Assembly (NCBI RefSeq): GCF_000143415.4
Contig: NW_003314269.1
Location: 1,991,544-2,055,543 of the forward strand
Direction of reading: 5' to 3'
Length of the DNA stretch: 64,000 bases
From: Selaginella moellendorffii
Taxonomy: Eukaryota; Plantae; Lycopodiophyta
The position numbers and the translations under genes are program-made. The notes under the pieces are model-generated. The model worked only from the letters and a program-made list of their open reading frames with translations, searched no databases and was not told where the DNA came from. Positions 33,988 to 45,464 of this stretch are shown piece after piece. The number at the start of each line of letters is the position of its first letter. Position 1 is the first letter of the stretch.

Positions 33988-35532
33988 ATGGGCAATGCGT
34001 TGAGGCAGCTTAGCGCTTGCCTGTGCGATGCGATCAAGCAGCAAGCTCACGAGGCTGCCGCTGGCTACGGGGGCGGCGATCACCACGCCGGCTATGGCGC
34101 GTCGAGCGAGGCGGGATTCGCCGCATTTGCGCGCGACATTCTCCATTTCGACGCCACGGGCGAGGTATGGATCGAAATCTTGTCGCCAGAGCGAGATCTA
34201 TCGCTCCTAGGCTGTGGAATTCGTGATATTTTGCTGTTTCACAGGTCCCTGAAGGCCTAGCTAGCTTCGTCCAGGCGACAAGGGCGACTCAAGTCATCTG
34301 GTACGCGTTTTGAGAAGAAAATTCGCGTTTAAAGCTTAGAGGAATTCGCTCTCGCTCCCAGGTACAAGAAATTGTTGTCTGCGTGGAAGGGTTCGCAGCC
34401 TCCTCCAAGAAATGCGGCCGAGGCTACCCAGTTGATCACGCAAAGCTTGCAAACACGACGCAAGAGTGATCTCCAAGTAAGTCAATGCTCTCTGTTTAAA
34501 AACCATACTTACGTGTATCTTGTGTGGACACTTTTGGTGAAGGGACTTTTGCGATTTTATGGCTTGTCTCATCCCGTTGTTGGGCCAACTCCGTCCAACC
34601 CTTCCATCCAGGCTCTGTATCCCACTTGGCCCAAAGGCGTACAATACGAATTCACTACTTTGCCAGTAAGTTTTTTAATATGAGTTCGCTTTCCTTGTTC
34701 GTTTCTCGAGCATTCGATCTTTTGTTTGCTCTCGTCCCAGGTGGAAGGTCACAGTGTAGCAGACGGTGACACCATCACCGTCTTTGTGGACGTGAGCAAA
34801 GATGACCGGGAAGAAAGAGCTGTGCCACGCTCGGTGTTTAACGCTGTAGAAAAGCGACGCCGAGCGAGAGAAAATAGGGACTACAAGAAGGCAGATATGT
34901 TGCAGCAGCAGATTTTCGATGCAGGCTACAAGTTTGATTTCTTACTCTCAGGCAGAATTCGCTGATTGCTTTGGACGAGTCCTAATCTCTTCGTTGCAGG
35001 GTGTTCGATGGCCGCGGGAGCGAAGTTCTTACTCACAAGTATCGCATTCGCTTGAGGTAAGCCATCGTATCATTCTCGTGAAATCTTTTCTTTTTTTTCA
35101 ATACAGGGGCGTGGACGCGCCTGAAAGCAGCATGCCTCACGGACCGGAATCCAAAGCAATGCTGATTAAACTAGTCGAAGGCCAGCAGCTACGAGTATAC
35201 GTCTATACAGCTGACCAATACGGTCGTTTAGTAGCAGACGTGCACACTAGCCACGGATTTCTTCAGGTATTTTATTGATCGCTTTCGACCCAAGGTTTTT
35301 ATGTTTGTTTCTCCAATCACAGGAACAGCTGCTAAAGAGAGGCTGCGTCTGGCACTACTCTCAGTACGATCACCGGCCAGAGCTCTCAGAGGTACGATAC
35401 GATAAAATTCGCAGGCTTAAATCGAGCTATAAACTTTTTCAGTGGGAGCAAGAGGCAAGACGAGCACGCGTTGGACTGTGGCATTTTCCAAATCCTGTAA
35501 AGCCCTGGGAATACAGGAAAAACGCAAGATAG
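33988..35532 (+). CDS. Staphylococcal-like Ca2+-dependent nuclease (CAN1/CAN2 family), multi-exon
   Basis: N-myristoylation start MGNALR; VADGDTITV; YRIRLRGVDAPE; DQYGRLVAD; GCVWHY; GLW..PNPVKPWEYRK. Confidence 0.93.
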
Positions 35533-36169
35533 AAGGATCTCATCTCTACTGCTTTGACAAGCATTAACATAACGTAAGCATGAAACATTTCCTTGCGATG
35601 ATCTATCTAAAAATCTATTGATGTTTCCTTTCCAGTTACTGAAGATCGGTCGTCGTATCACCCAACACACGTTTATTTGTGATCCAGGTCAAAGGCTGGA
35701 CGAAAAAAATCCATCTTTTTCAATCAAACGATTCACGGCCGTGAAGTTTCCAGCATATTTCCAGGACCATTCCTGACCGAAAAAAATACAACTCCAGCGG
35801 CGTAAGCGTTTGACAAAGGAGAAACGTCCTTGGGACAAATTCCAATCTTCCAAGTATTAAGACTTGGAATACTTGAATTGGAAGATTGGAAGATTTTTCC
35901 TAGCCATGGATCGATCCACCCGAGCAAAGCAAAGCGCGAGTTCTTTGTGCTTGACTGGCACGCCCATTGTGCGCCACAAACCTAGATTTTGGAGCATGGC
36001 CCAGCGTGGCTCCATCACACTCGGATCATATCCCACCGGATTTTGCTAGCGAAATATCCACATTTCTATCCGCCGTACACGACAGGGGAGCCTAGGGCTA
36101 GTTACAATGCACCCCGCGCATGGGACCCATACATGGCCATCCGCGCATAATGCATGACCCGGTGGCCCA

Positions 36170-36516
36170 TCCACGTCATCATTGCGATCCGTCCGTACTC
36201 CCACTCAGATAAGCCGCCCATGGGGACACTGAATGTACCCATCCATGCCATGGCAAGCATGGCATTTGGCATCCGGCGCGGTGACGTCATCGCAATGACG
36301 TCAATGGGGCGCATATTCGCCGGCGGGCTGGAAGCGTCTGCGCAGCTTCGCCACAGTGACACGTCCCTTAGAAAGCTCTGAGAAACGTGGGCTTTAGGAA
36401 TATGTGAAGAGGCGACAAAGGGGCCATCGGCCATGGGGCCCAAGCGCAATGTTGGTGTGTTAGTGGTTTTGGTACGGTGGTGGCCAACTGGGGGCCACAT
36501 TTCAGAATCACGTGTC
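36170..36516. promoter_or_regulatory. Cluster of ACGT-core bZIP/bHLH sites upstream of the HOY1-like gene
   Basis: CCACGTCA at 36171, TGACGTCA at 36282 and 36296, GACACGT near 36358, ACGTGG near 36385, CACGTGTC at 36509. Confidence 0.45.
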
Positions 36517-37007
36517 AAATGCTCATTGTCGGTACCGGTGTTGCACAAACCCCTGCTCAATTATTGAATACCGGGATATTCACTGGGCATATTCGCCCAT
36601 GGGCATGGCATGGGGCACATGGCCACCGCATTCAACAGAAACAACAAAAGGGGGAAAAGAGAGAGAGCCCGGCCACGCCATTTGTTTTTATAATTTACAG
36701 GGCGCAAGAGGCGGGCTCGCGATTCCCTTCTTTCTCTTTCCCTTCTTTCTCTAGTCTCCTCCTGGGCGGAGAGCGCTAGGGTTTTGTGTCGCGCATCGGC
36801 GAGGTGGGATTTCCATTGGCGCGTTGCGATTTCTTGGACGTGGCGATGCGCCGCCGGCCGCTGTCGCGATTCTCGGCTGGGGCTGGGTAAATCAGAGCGC
36901 AGATCGGCGAGGTTTTCGTGGATCTTGGCAAGGCCCTGGAGGAGCGATGAGGTAGCGTAGCGTGTGATCAATCCTAGAGGAAGCGACTGGATTTGTGCAA
37001 GGCGGCT

Positions 37008-39094
37008 ATGGTGCAGCGGCTTGTGGACGGCGGTGGGGAGCCGGAGACAGGGAATTGCAGCAGCCTCAGCTGGCAAGGGCTGCATTTCGGGCAGAGGAGC
37101 TCAGATCGAGGCGCCTTGGGCAAAATTGGGGACATGCTCTTGCAATTGAAAAGTGGGGGCGAGTTCAAGGTGCCCGTAGGAGTTAGTTTCCAGCAGAAGA
37201 GGTGTGACAACGATGAGGATTTGGAGCTCGCTCCCGGGCCCAAGCGCCACAAGCTCTCAGACCTTCCATTCAAGGTTAGTTCCTTTCTCTCTTTTTTTTT
37301 TCATTCTTTTTTACTCTAGTGGAAGTGGTCATTCTCGTTTTTTTTGTGCTGTGTCTACAGACCAAAACATGGGCTACCACTGTGTCCGGCGAAAGTTCTT
37401 TTGAAGGTCGGCTGAGGACGAGAGTGCCTTTCACTGTGTCGGCTCACTCGTATCACCCCTTGGACGAACCGAGTCCGCTGGGTTTGACGCTCAAGAAGAC
37501 CCCATCTTTTCTTGATCTCGTTTCCATGACAATTAGTCAAGGTTGCGGGAGCAGCGACTCGCTGCTGAACGATGGGTCGTCTCAAGGAATAGCCAATCGA
37601 TCGGGTATTCCAAATGCCAACCAGTCCCAAGGCAAACTCAAGGCGTCCAACTTTCCTGCTTCCACACTGAAGATCGGCTCTTGGGAGGTCGGTGATAGCT
37701 CTCGACTTGCTTGTTGGAAGCTTACGATCTTTTCTGCTTTCTCTCAGCGAGTTTCTCGATACGAGGGTGATGTGGTCGCCAAATGCTACTACGCGAAACG
37801 TAAACTTGTCTGGGAAGTCCTGGAAACCGGCCTCAAAAGCAAAATTGAGCTTCAATGGTCTGATATATCAGCGATCCGAGCCAGCTACGGAGATGGCCAA
37901 CTTGGAATCTTAGAAGTCGAGGTACGCCATCGCGACGTTCCACTAGAAACTAATTCTATGTTCCAACAGGTATCGCGGCCGCCTTTGTTCTTCAAGGAGA
38001 CCAACCCGCAACCGCGCAAGCACACCTTGTGGGAGGCCACCTCCGATTTCACGGGAGGCGAAGCGACAATATGCAAGTTAGTATCAATCACTCTCGCTTA
38101 CAAATGACGCAAAATCTCATCACCACCTTTTCTTTCTCTCCAGGCGACATGTCTTGCAGTTTCCGGAAGGTGTCCTCAACAAGCACTACGAGAAGCTCCT
38201 ACAGTGCGACGCCCGCTTGAAGGCCCTGGCCGGCCCCGCGCCGAACGATGAGCTGCATCAGGAGGTAACCCGTGATTCCAAGTCTAAGCAAGTGGAGAGT
38301 GAGCAGCCGTTGATGTGTCCCAGAGTGAAGCTAGAACTGCCGCTAGAAAGCCGCTGCTCTCCAAGCTCAGGTAAGGCAGTAGCGAGCAGTCCAGTGGCGT
38401 GGGTCTGAGACAAAACTCCTTCGTTTTTCTTCTCCCAGTGATGGAATCGAGGGGTAGCGATGACAGTGATACAGAGGAGTGCCCGCTTCGTAGTGTCGAC
38501 TCACAGGCTTTGGTGGCAGCGACCCCGAGTGACAAGATCGACGAGGAGGAGGACGACGACGACGACACTCTCGAGCAGAAGCCGCGGGTGCTGGTTCTCA
38601 CCGACAAGGAGGTGCTCAACGAGATCGCCCAGATCTTACTCGGGGAGACCAGCGCCGCCAAGCCGTCCCCGGAGCGCGGCATGTTTAGAGTGAGCTCCAT
38701 GTCCGGGTTCGTGGAGGATGGCTGGGTGCCGGCGACTTACTCGGTCTCGGACTGGAGCTCGGCCGATCCGGCCCACGGCAGCGAAGGCTACGGCTCCGAC
38801 GAGAAGAGCTTCGTCGCGTACAACAGTGAGAGCGGCGGCAGGAACAGCGGCGTTCTGTTCGAGCTGGACGAGAAGCCATCGCTCAAGATGGATGAAAGCC
38901 TTGGCAGCGGCAGCAGCGGTGATTTTGGCAGCGGCAGCGGTGGTTTGCACGAATCGGTGAAGCAGTGCTTCACGCGGCATGGATCATCCGGCGATCTTCT
39001 GGTAAATCTGCCCAGGATCGCGTCGCTGCCTCAGCTGTTCGAGAATGGCGTGGCTCGTCGCGACTCCCATCTGTCGTTCCTGGAGCTCTTGTGA
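37008..39094 (+). CDS. TRF2/HOY1 PH-like domain protein (At2g24100/At4g30780-like family), multi-exon
   Basis: LDEPSPLGLTLKKTPSFLDL, KLKASNFPA, VAKCYYAKRKLVWEVL, KSKIELQWSDI, PLFFKETNPQPRKHTLW, SDFTGGEA, C-terminal LPRIASLPQ. Confidence 0.85.
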
Positions 39095-39451
39095 CGAAGA
39101 TGCACACACGGGGCGCCCCCTTTTTAAATTTGAATCGAAAGAATTTTAAAAAACATGCCGCGTGGACATTCCTCCCGCCAAAACGGATATGCCCGTGGCG
39201 GATATTCCCGCAACGTACACCCCGAGGGGGATATTCGCTGAATTGCGAGTACGGGCAGAATATTCTAACCTAGGGCCGGGGGAAATGGCGAAGCGGGCGC
39301 TCTGTGCTGGTAAGCTCGGTGCTCCAATGCGGCCTTGCATTGTCTAGTCCCAGGCCGGGAGGGCTAGATCTAGGTCTTGGCAGCTCGGATCTATGCGCGG
39401 GGCGGCTAGGAAGCTCGGATTTTGGCAGTGATAATCTGCGCTGGTCGATCC

Positions 39452-40708
39452 ATGGGAAGGCCCGTTGGTGTGGAAGGGGGACTGGTAGCTCAGCAATGCC
39501 GTAGCGCCGCCGCCGCTGCCGCCGTCGTTGCGCCGTCGCGTTGTTCCGTGGAGGCGGCGGCGGCGTCGTGGAAGTGGGAAAGCGGCAGCGATTCTTGCGA
39601 TTCCGGTGGAGGAAATCCGCCGTGTTCTTCTTGTTCTTGGGACAGCGTGGGGGGGCTGGACGCTCAGCAGCTGGGAGTTCTCCAAAAGGTTGCGAGCCGG
39701 GGAGTTTTCTGGCAGCACCCGAGCTTGCCAGTCGCCAAGGTGTATGGCTTGCAGTATGGAGGGGACGTGGAGGCGGATGGGAACTGCCTTTTCACGGCGG
39801 TCCAGCGAGCAATGCAGCTCAAGGAGGCGCCGGTGGAGATCCGGCTCGCGACTGTGCGCAGGTTTGTGGACGACTACGAGGCCGCGGATGCGGAGGAGAA
39901 GGAGAGATTGGACAGGATCATCAAGAATCTCTACTCCCCGGACATGTCCACGGGCTGGGGCGTTCACGTCGTGCAGGAGGTGAAACTCCTGGCGAAGAAA
40001 ACCGACAGGGAGGCCCTGGAGACCGAGATCGAGGAGATGATCCAAGTTGGCATGTCAAGGTGAGGTTTTTATTTCTTTTCCCGATCGTTTCTTCTGTGAA
40101 AAACTACCTTTTTCTTGTTCTTTGCAGGGAGTCAGCGATAGAATCAGTGTACAACGAGCATTGCCTACGTGTGTGCGACGCTTGCAGCTGGGCGAAGTAT
40201 ATGTCCATCTCCGGTCAGGCCACGGACGAGTATGACATTGTGACTTTGCTGTACACCGAGGAGGGGCTGCTCAGCGTGGAGATGAACGCCGAGGGGAAAG
40301 CTGCGGCCTTTGGAGATGACATCGCCATCCAAGCACTGGCGAGCGAGTTCCAGCGACAGTTGTTTGTGGTAAGAACATCACACTTGTCATCCTTTGGTGG
40401 TATTAAAAGTTTTCTCTTTCTTACTTTAGGTGCAAGTTCATGGGAAAGATGGCAGCGCCGAGAACTCTGAAGGCTTGATTTTTTTTCTTCCGCACTCCCC
40501 GCGGCAAGAGATCAGTCATCCGCCCGTTTTCTTACTTATGAGGGGAACAGGTTCGTTTTTCTTGTTTCTTTTTTCCGTGTGTTTGCTTTGAATGGTCTGA
40601 GCGGGAAGTTTGACAGGTTGGTGTGGTGCTGGTGGCGATCACTACGAGCCAATCCTCGCTAAACTTCTTCCCGTCGTCTCCAAAGAGAAGGCAGCTTACA
40701 TTTTGTGA
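39452..40708 (+). CDS. Plant OTU-like cysteine-protease-fold protein, uncharacterised, multi-exon
   Basis: OTU Cys loop EADGNCLFTAV, FGDDIAIQALA and His loop GWCGAGGDHYEP. Confidence 0.78.
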
Positions 40709-41720
40709 GAGGAAAAAATTTTCCCCGTGGGAGTTGGACAGAGTTTGGAGGTTTTTTCAGTTTCTCCAGGAGTGTACGTAAAACCCAGATCATTCTTTTT
40801 GTGATTCTACTATGTTTATTATTACACTTTTTTGTGAGGAGTGTCTTTTTAAACATTTTTATGTGCTCTAGTATTCTGACAATACTTGATCACAACAATA
40901 ACACGCTTCCACAACGAGCACTATATGAGTCAGGTTCAAACACCTAAAAGATATCTGGCTCATTGTTGCTTTTTATGTTTGCACATCTAGATTCTAGAAT
41001 GGAATATGCTGCACAAAGTTTGAAATAACTTAACTATTTTAGTCATTTCCTTCAAGCTTTGTTTCAATCGAATTAAATTATCTGTATAGTAAACTAAATA
41101 AATCTAAGCTTCTAGAAATAACTACTTAAAATGCTTATAATAATATTGAGCTTACAGGAAATCAGTACAACAATTTTAATCAAAGTGAAGTAGTTTCTTT
41201 TTTCTTCTTTCCTTGTTAGAAGCATCATGTCTCTTGAGTTTATTCTTATTATAGTGTATTAGTAGGAGAATAATAATTTGGTTATTGGCTAGATAACCAA
41301 ATACTATTAATGAAAATTCCATACAAATGACCTTGTTTTGAACGATTTAGGGTATGTGTCCTCTTCACTCAATTCTTATAAATGAAACTCATATAATCTA
41401 ATGTGAAACTTTCCAACATTAAATCTAGATGTAGGTAATGATTTTTTCTAGAACACTATTTGAAGTTTGTTAATTTGGGAATCATTATATAAGAAACCCT
41501 TCTGTGCATCATGGGGTAAGATTTAATTAATCTCCTACATTTCAGAAAAGCTATATTAACTTTGATTTGATATTCTTTAACTGTTATTCCTTTTTATGTG
41601 TTTTAGTTAGAATTCAGTTAAAGCACTTCAGTATTTTTGAATTTGAGTTTTCTTTTCTCTCATAGTAGCTTATTATAAACTGTACACAATCAATTGATCA
41701 CATTATAAACTTTAACACAA

Positions 41721-43880
41721 ACTATATGCATATTCAATTAACCCCAAAACCATACCTTATATCCATGGTCTAGATTGAAATTAATCATCAAAATCCCACT
41801 ATAATAATAATAGTATACAACATCATAACTATACATAAAGATTTCACATCATCCTCAAGATAGAAGACAATAAAAGTTCTTTTGTTAATAAGTGAGGATT
41901 TGAAAGAATATTAGAATGAGGCACTAATAGATTTGTAAGGAGTGCAACTTATTCATAATCCCTTTATACAAAACATTTTAATCACTATACATGTATAATT
42001 TTTGGAAGATTAGCTTGTTGAATGTCATACCAAACCTTACAAACTTATGGTCCAATACTTGATATAGTCCCTTAAGAAGCCAGTTAGACAAATTATGTAT
42101 TGTAAACTTAAAAAAATAAACTAAGTCATCCACTTTATACTCAACAAATGATGAGAGTTGTAGCACCATTCTTTTTTTACTTATACATAACTTAAGTGTT
42201 TTGCAAATTTTACTTGAACTAATAGAACCTATAAAAAGTGGAGTAAAAGCATATGCAATTATAAGTGAAAGACAAAATATCCTATAGCATTGTGCGAGTG
42301 AAAGAGCATTGTCAAAGGTGGTTAGAGCAAGTGCATTCACAAGTCTTACAAAATCTTAATAAAGTGCTACTTACAACATATCTAATTTAATTCTTTCTAA
42401 CATATTTGGTGTTGCATAAAGTAAAAGACTTTGAAAGCAAACACTTAATTGCATAATTAACTCAAATAATTTTTGATTGAGATGATGCAATTGCTAAAAG
42501 GCATTGCTACAATTATTAACATGTTTAAATATGCATTTTAAAGATATTTAGGAGAAAACTCCAAACCATACCATTTAAACTATTGTACCACTATAATGTC
42601 ATCTTTTGGAAATATATGGGAAACTTTCACAGATGCCAAACATTATTACTATAAAATGATCAAACCAATTATATATATCATCCTTCATATTCCTATAAAA
42701 GAAATTTAGATACATGAGTATTGACAACAAAATCATGAAGAGTTACTTTACATGCTATGAACACCACTATCTACTTGTACAACCATATAATATTAAATAA
42801 CTATATTAATTGATTCTTTAAAGTTAAAAGAGTGTAATAACCAAGGAGAATGACTTAAGAGATGATTTATAAAATTTCAAATATAAAGGAAAGTGCTAAT
42901 GAATAAGAGTGCACCTTTTTTTTCAAATGGTTAAAATATTTAGAGTTAAGCATTCTTAGATTTAAGTAGTATTAAGCCTAAATGACCTTTTGAGAAGCAT
43001 AAATTCATGAACTTATAATTTGTATTAGAATGGTTTTTTGTTTGATTCTATTGGTTGAATAGGCAAATTATACCATATATTAAGATTAACATTTAGAAGT
43101 TTAATTTGTTCTAGTTAGGCTCAATCTAAAGGGTAGGATGTCAAGAGGATGAGATTCTCAACTTCCATTCACTAGGGCATAAACTTATAAAAAAGTGTGA
43201 TGGATTGTAAGTAATAAAAAAGAATGACTTAATAAATGATCCATAAAGATTCAAATATAAAAAAATAAAGAAAATAAGGCTTTTGGGAGAATTATGGTTA
43301 TCACCTTTCATTCACGAGGGTATAAATTTACAAAGAAGTGTAATGGATTGTAAGAAAGGAAAAAAAAACTCAAAAAAATAATTCATAAAGGTTTAAATAT
43401 AAAACAAAATTAAAAAAAAAGGTAAAACTCTCGAGAGAGTTACAACTTTTAACTTCTGTTCACGAGAGCATGAATTTATAAAAGAGTGTGGTGAATTGTA
43501 ACCAATTAAAAAAAAAGTTTCAAGAAAAAATTTATAAAAGTTCAAATATAAAAAGAAACAACCTATGAAAAAGTGCACTTTTTTTCAATTGGTTAAAAAT
43601 ATTAGGATATTTGGGGCTAAATGCTTTTAATTTTAGAAACACTAGCCTAAGTAATTTAATAAGAAACTTAAATTCAAGAGTTTATAAGGAGGAAGAAAGA
43701 AAGAAAATAATGTAAGAAAGTATATAATAATAATGCAAGAGTTAAATCTCAACAAAAAGCACAAATTCAAGCATTCTTTAAGGATAATTAGAGTAAGTGC
43801 ATAGAGTATAAAAATATGCATATTCTATTACCCAGAAAACTTTAATTTATATACAAAATCAAAATCCCATACCTTAAACC
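41721..43880 (-). mobile_element. Extremely AT-eroded, internally deleted copy 3 of gypsy family A
   Basis: LTR remnants at about 41721-41848 and 43790-43880, integrase C-terminus at 41850-42200 and gag at 42230-42830, each alignable by eye to 21300-21800 and 26550-27090. Confidence 0.7.
42833..43686 (+). mobile_element. Small TRIM-like LTR element with internal tandem PPT-LTR repeats, nested in copy 3
   Basis: Direct repeats 42833-43017 and 43487-43686; flanks AAGAG/AGGAG (decayed TSD); TTGTATTAGAAT after the first LTR resembles the tRNA-iMet PBS TGGTATCAGAGC; ~145-bp internal repeats at 43168, 43311 and 43459. Confidence 0.6.
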
Positions 43881-43980
43881 TTATAATAGCACTTTAAAAA
43901 ATGCAAAATACAATAATTAAAGAAAAATGTTTAAAAATATTTTAACACTCTTACCCTAACCAGGACTAAATTAGGTCAAG

Positions 43981-44965
43981 ATGGCGCGCGCATTTGTGGC
44001 AATGCGGCAACGAGCGCTGCGGATCCAATCCACATTGTCCGCGCGCTCGAGGTCCGTCGTCACAGTCTCTTCCAGCCTCGACTTAGATTCCGACCTCGCA
44101 TTACAGGAAGCGCGGACCTGGGACCAGGGTCTCGAATCCCAGTTCGCCACAACGCCGCTCTCCCAGATTTTCAAGGTCAGTATTGCTATTTTGCATTCGC
44201 TAGCAATACGTTAATCTTGCTATGAACTTTCATGAGTTCTTGTGCTAGTATCTCATCAATCCCTTAGACAAAGTCTTCTAGCTCTAGACATTTAGAAGTT
44301 TCCTGTTCTCTTCATGTTCTCTTATCCCCTTTTTTTGTCTTTCAGGACAAGCGTGTTGTCATCTTCGGTACTCCAGTAAGTTATTCTTTCGTCTTTGTTG
44401 TTCTTCGAGGAAACAAGCAAAACTAAACAGAAGAAGAAGAAAAAAGAGATCGTAACTTACAATTCACTCCATTTCCATTCAGGGCGCGTTCACGGGTGTT
44501 TGCACAAAGGGTCACGTCCCCAGCTACACCAAGAACGTCGAGCAGCTGAAATCCAAGGGCGTCGACTCCGTCATCTGCGTCGCGGTGAACGACCCCTACA
44601 CCATCAACGCCTGGGCCGAGAAGATGAACGCAAAAGGCAAGGTTAGCTTTCTTTTTCCTTCTCCTCTACGTGCGCTTATTTCTAAGAGTTTGGAACGCTC
44701 CCAGATCCAGTTCTTCGCCGATTTTGACGGTGGCTTCCACAAATCTCTGGGCTTGGAGTGTGATTTGAGCAAGGCGCTGCTTGGCCTTCGTTCGCAGAGG
44801 TGGAGAAATCTCTTTCGGTATTTGCTTTTGACATTCTTGAGAAATAAACTACGCAGGTGGTCAGCATTTGTGGACGATGGTGTGGTGAAAGTCCTCAAGG
44901 TGGAAAAGGTTCCTTCGGAGCTCAAGGTTAGCGATGGCGAGACGATGATCAAAGCCATCCATTAA
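43981..44965 (+). CDS. PRXIIF: Type II peroxiredoxin F, mitochondrial, multi-exon
   Basis: Arg/Ser-rich presequence; LQEARTWDQG; VVIFGTPGAFTGVC; ICVAVNDPY; FADFDG; RSQRWSAFVDDG. Confidence 0.93.
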
Positions 44966-45464
44966 AGCAGGGAGACGAACGAGTCAGTGTTTATATTAAA
45001 CTGGATTACTTATAAAAACCAAACGTACTGTTGTGTTAAATGCTTTTACCGGCAGTTTGACCTTGACTGGATGTCCGTACGCGCCGATTTTTGTTTTCCA
45101 GTCCGTACTCGGCTATGGAGGCGGACTTGTTCATGCGACGCCCCGCAATTTCCTCTTTCGCGTATAGGTTTGTTTAGGTTATTTCTTGGCGCTCCTGGCG
45201 GGCTTCGTGCGCAGCGCTTGGTTGCCACCGACGATTCCAGGTCTGGCTCTGTTTCTTTCGATCGATCCGGCCAGCATTTTCTCTCTCGCTCGCTGTGCGC
45301 GATGAAATTCCAGGCATTGGCGATCGAGCTGGGGAGAGCATCTGGCGGCTAAATCTTGCTTTCTATTCGGAGCTACAGGATAGCGTGTCTCTGATCGATC
45401 GATTGGCTGGAACTTTGCAGGGCTTGGGCGAATAGATGTTTGGAATCTAGCCATAGCTGCGCGG

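Noticed and set aside
39344-40470. Long antisense or alternate-frame ORFs over GC-rich genes, also 49628-50386 and 55979-56797
   Set aside because: Shadow ORFs caused by high GC3 codon bias, with no recognisable domains.
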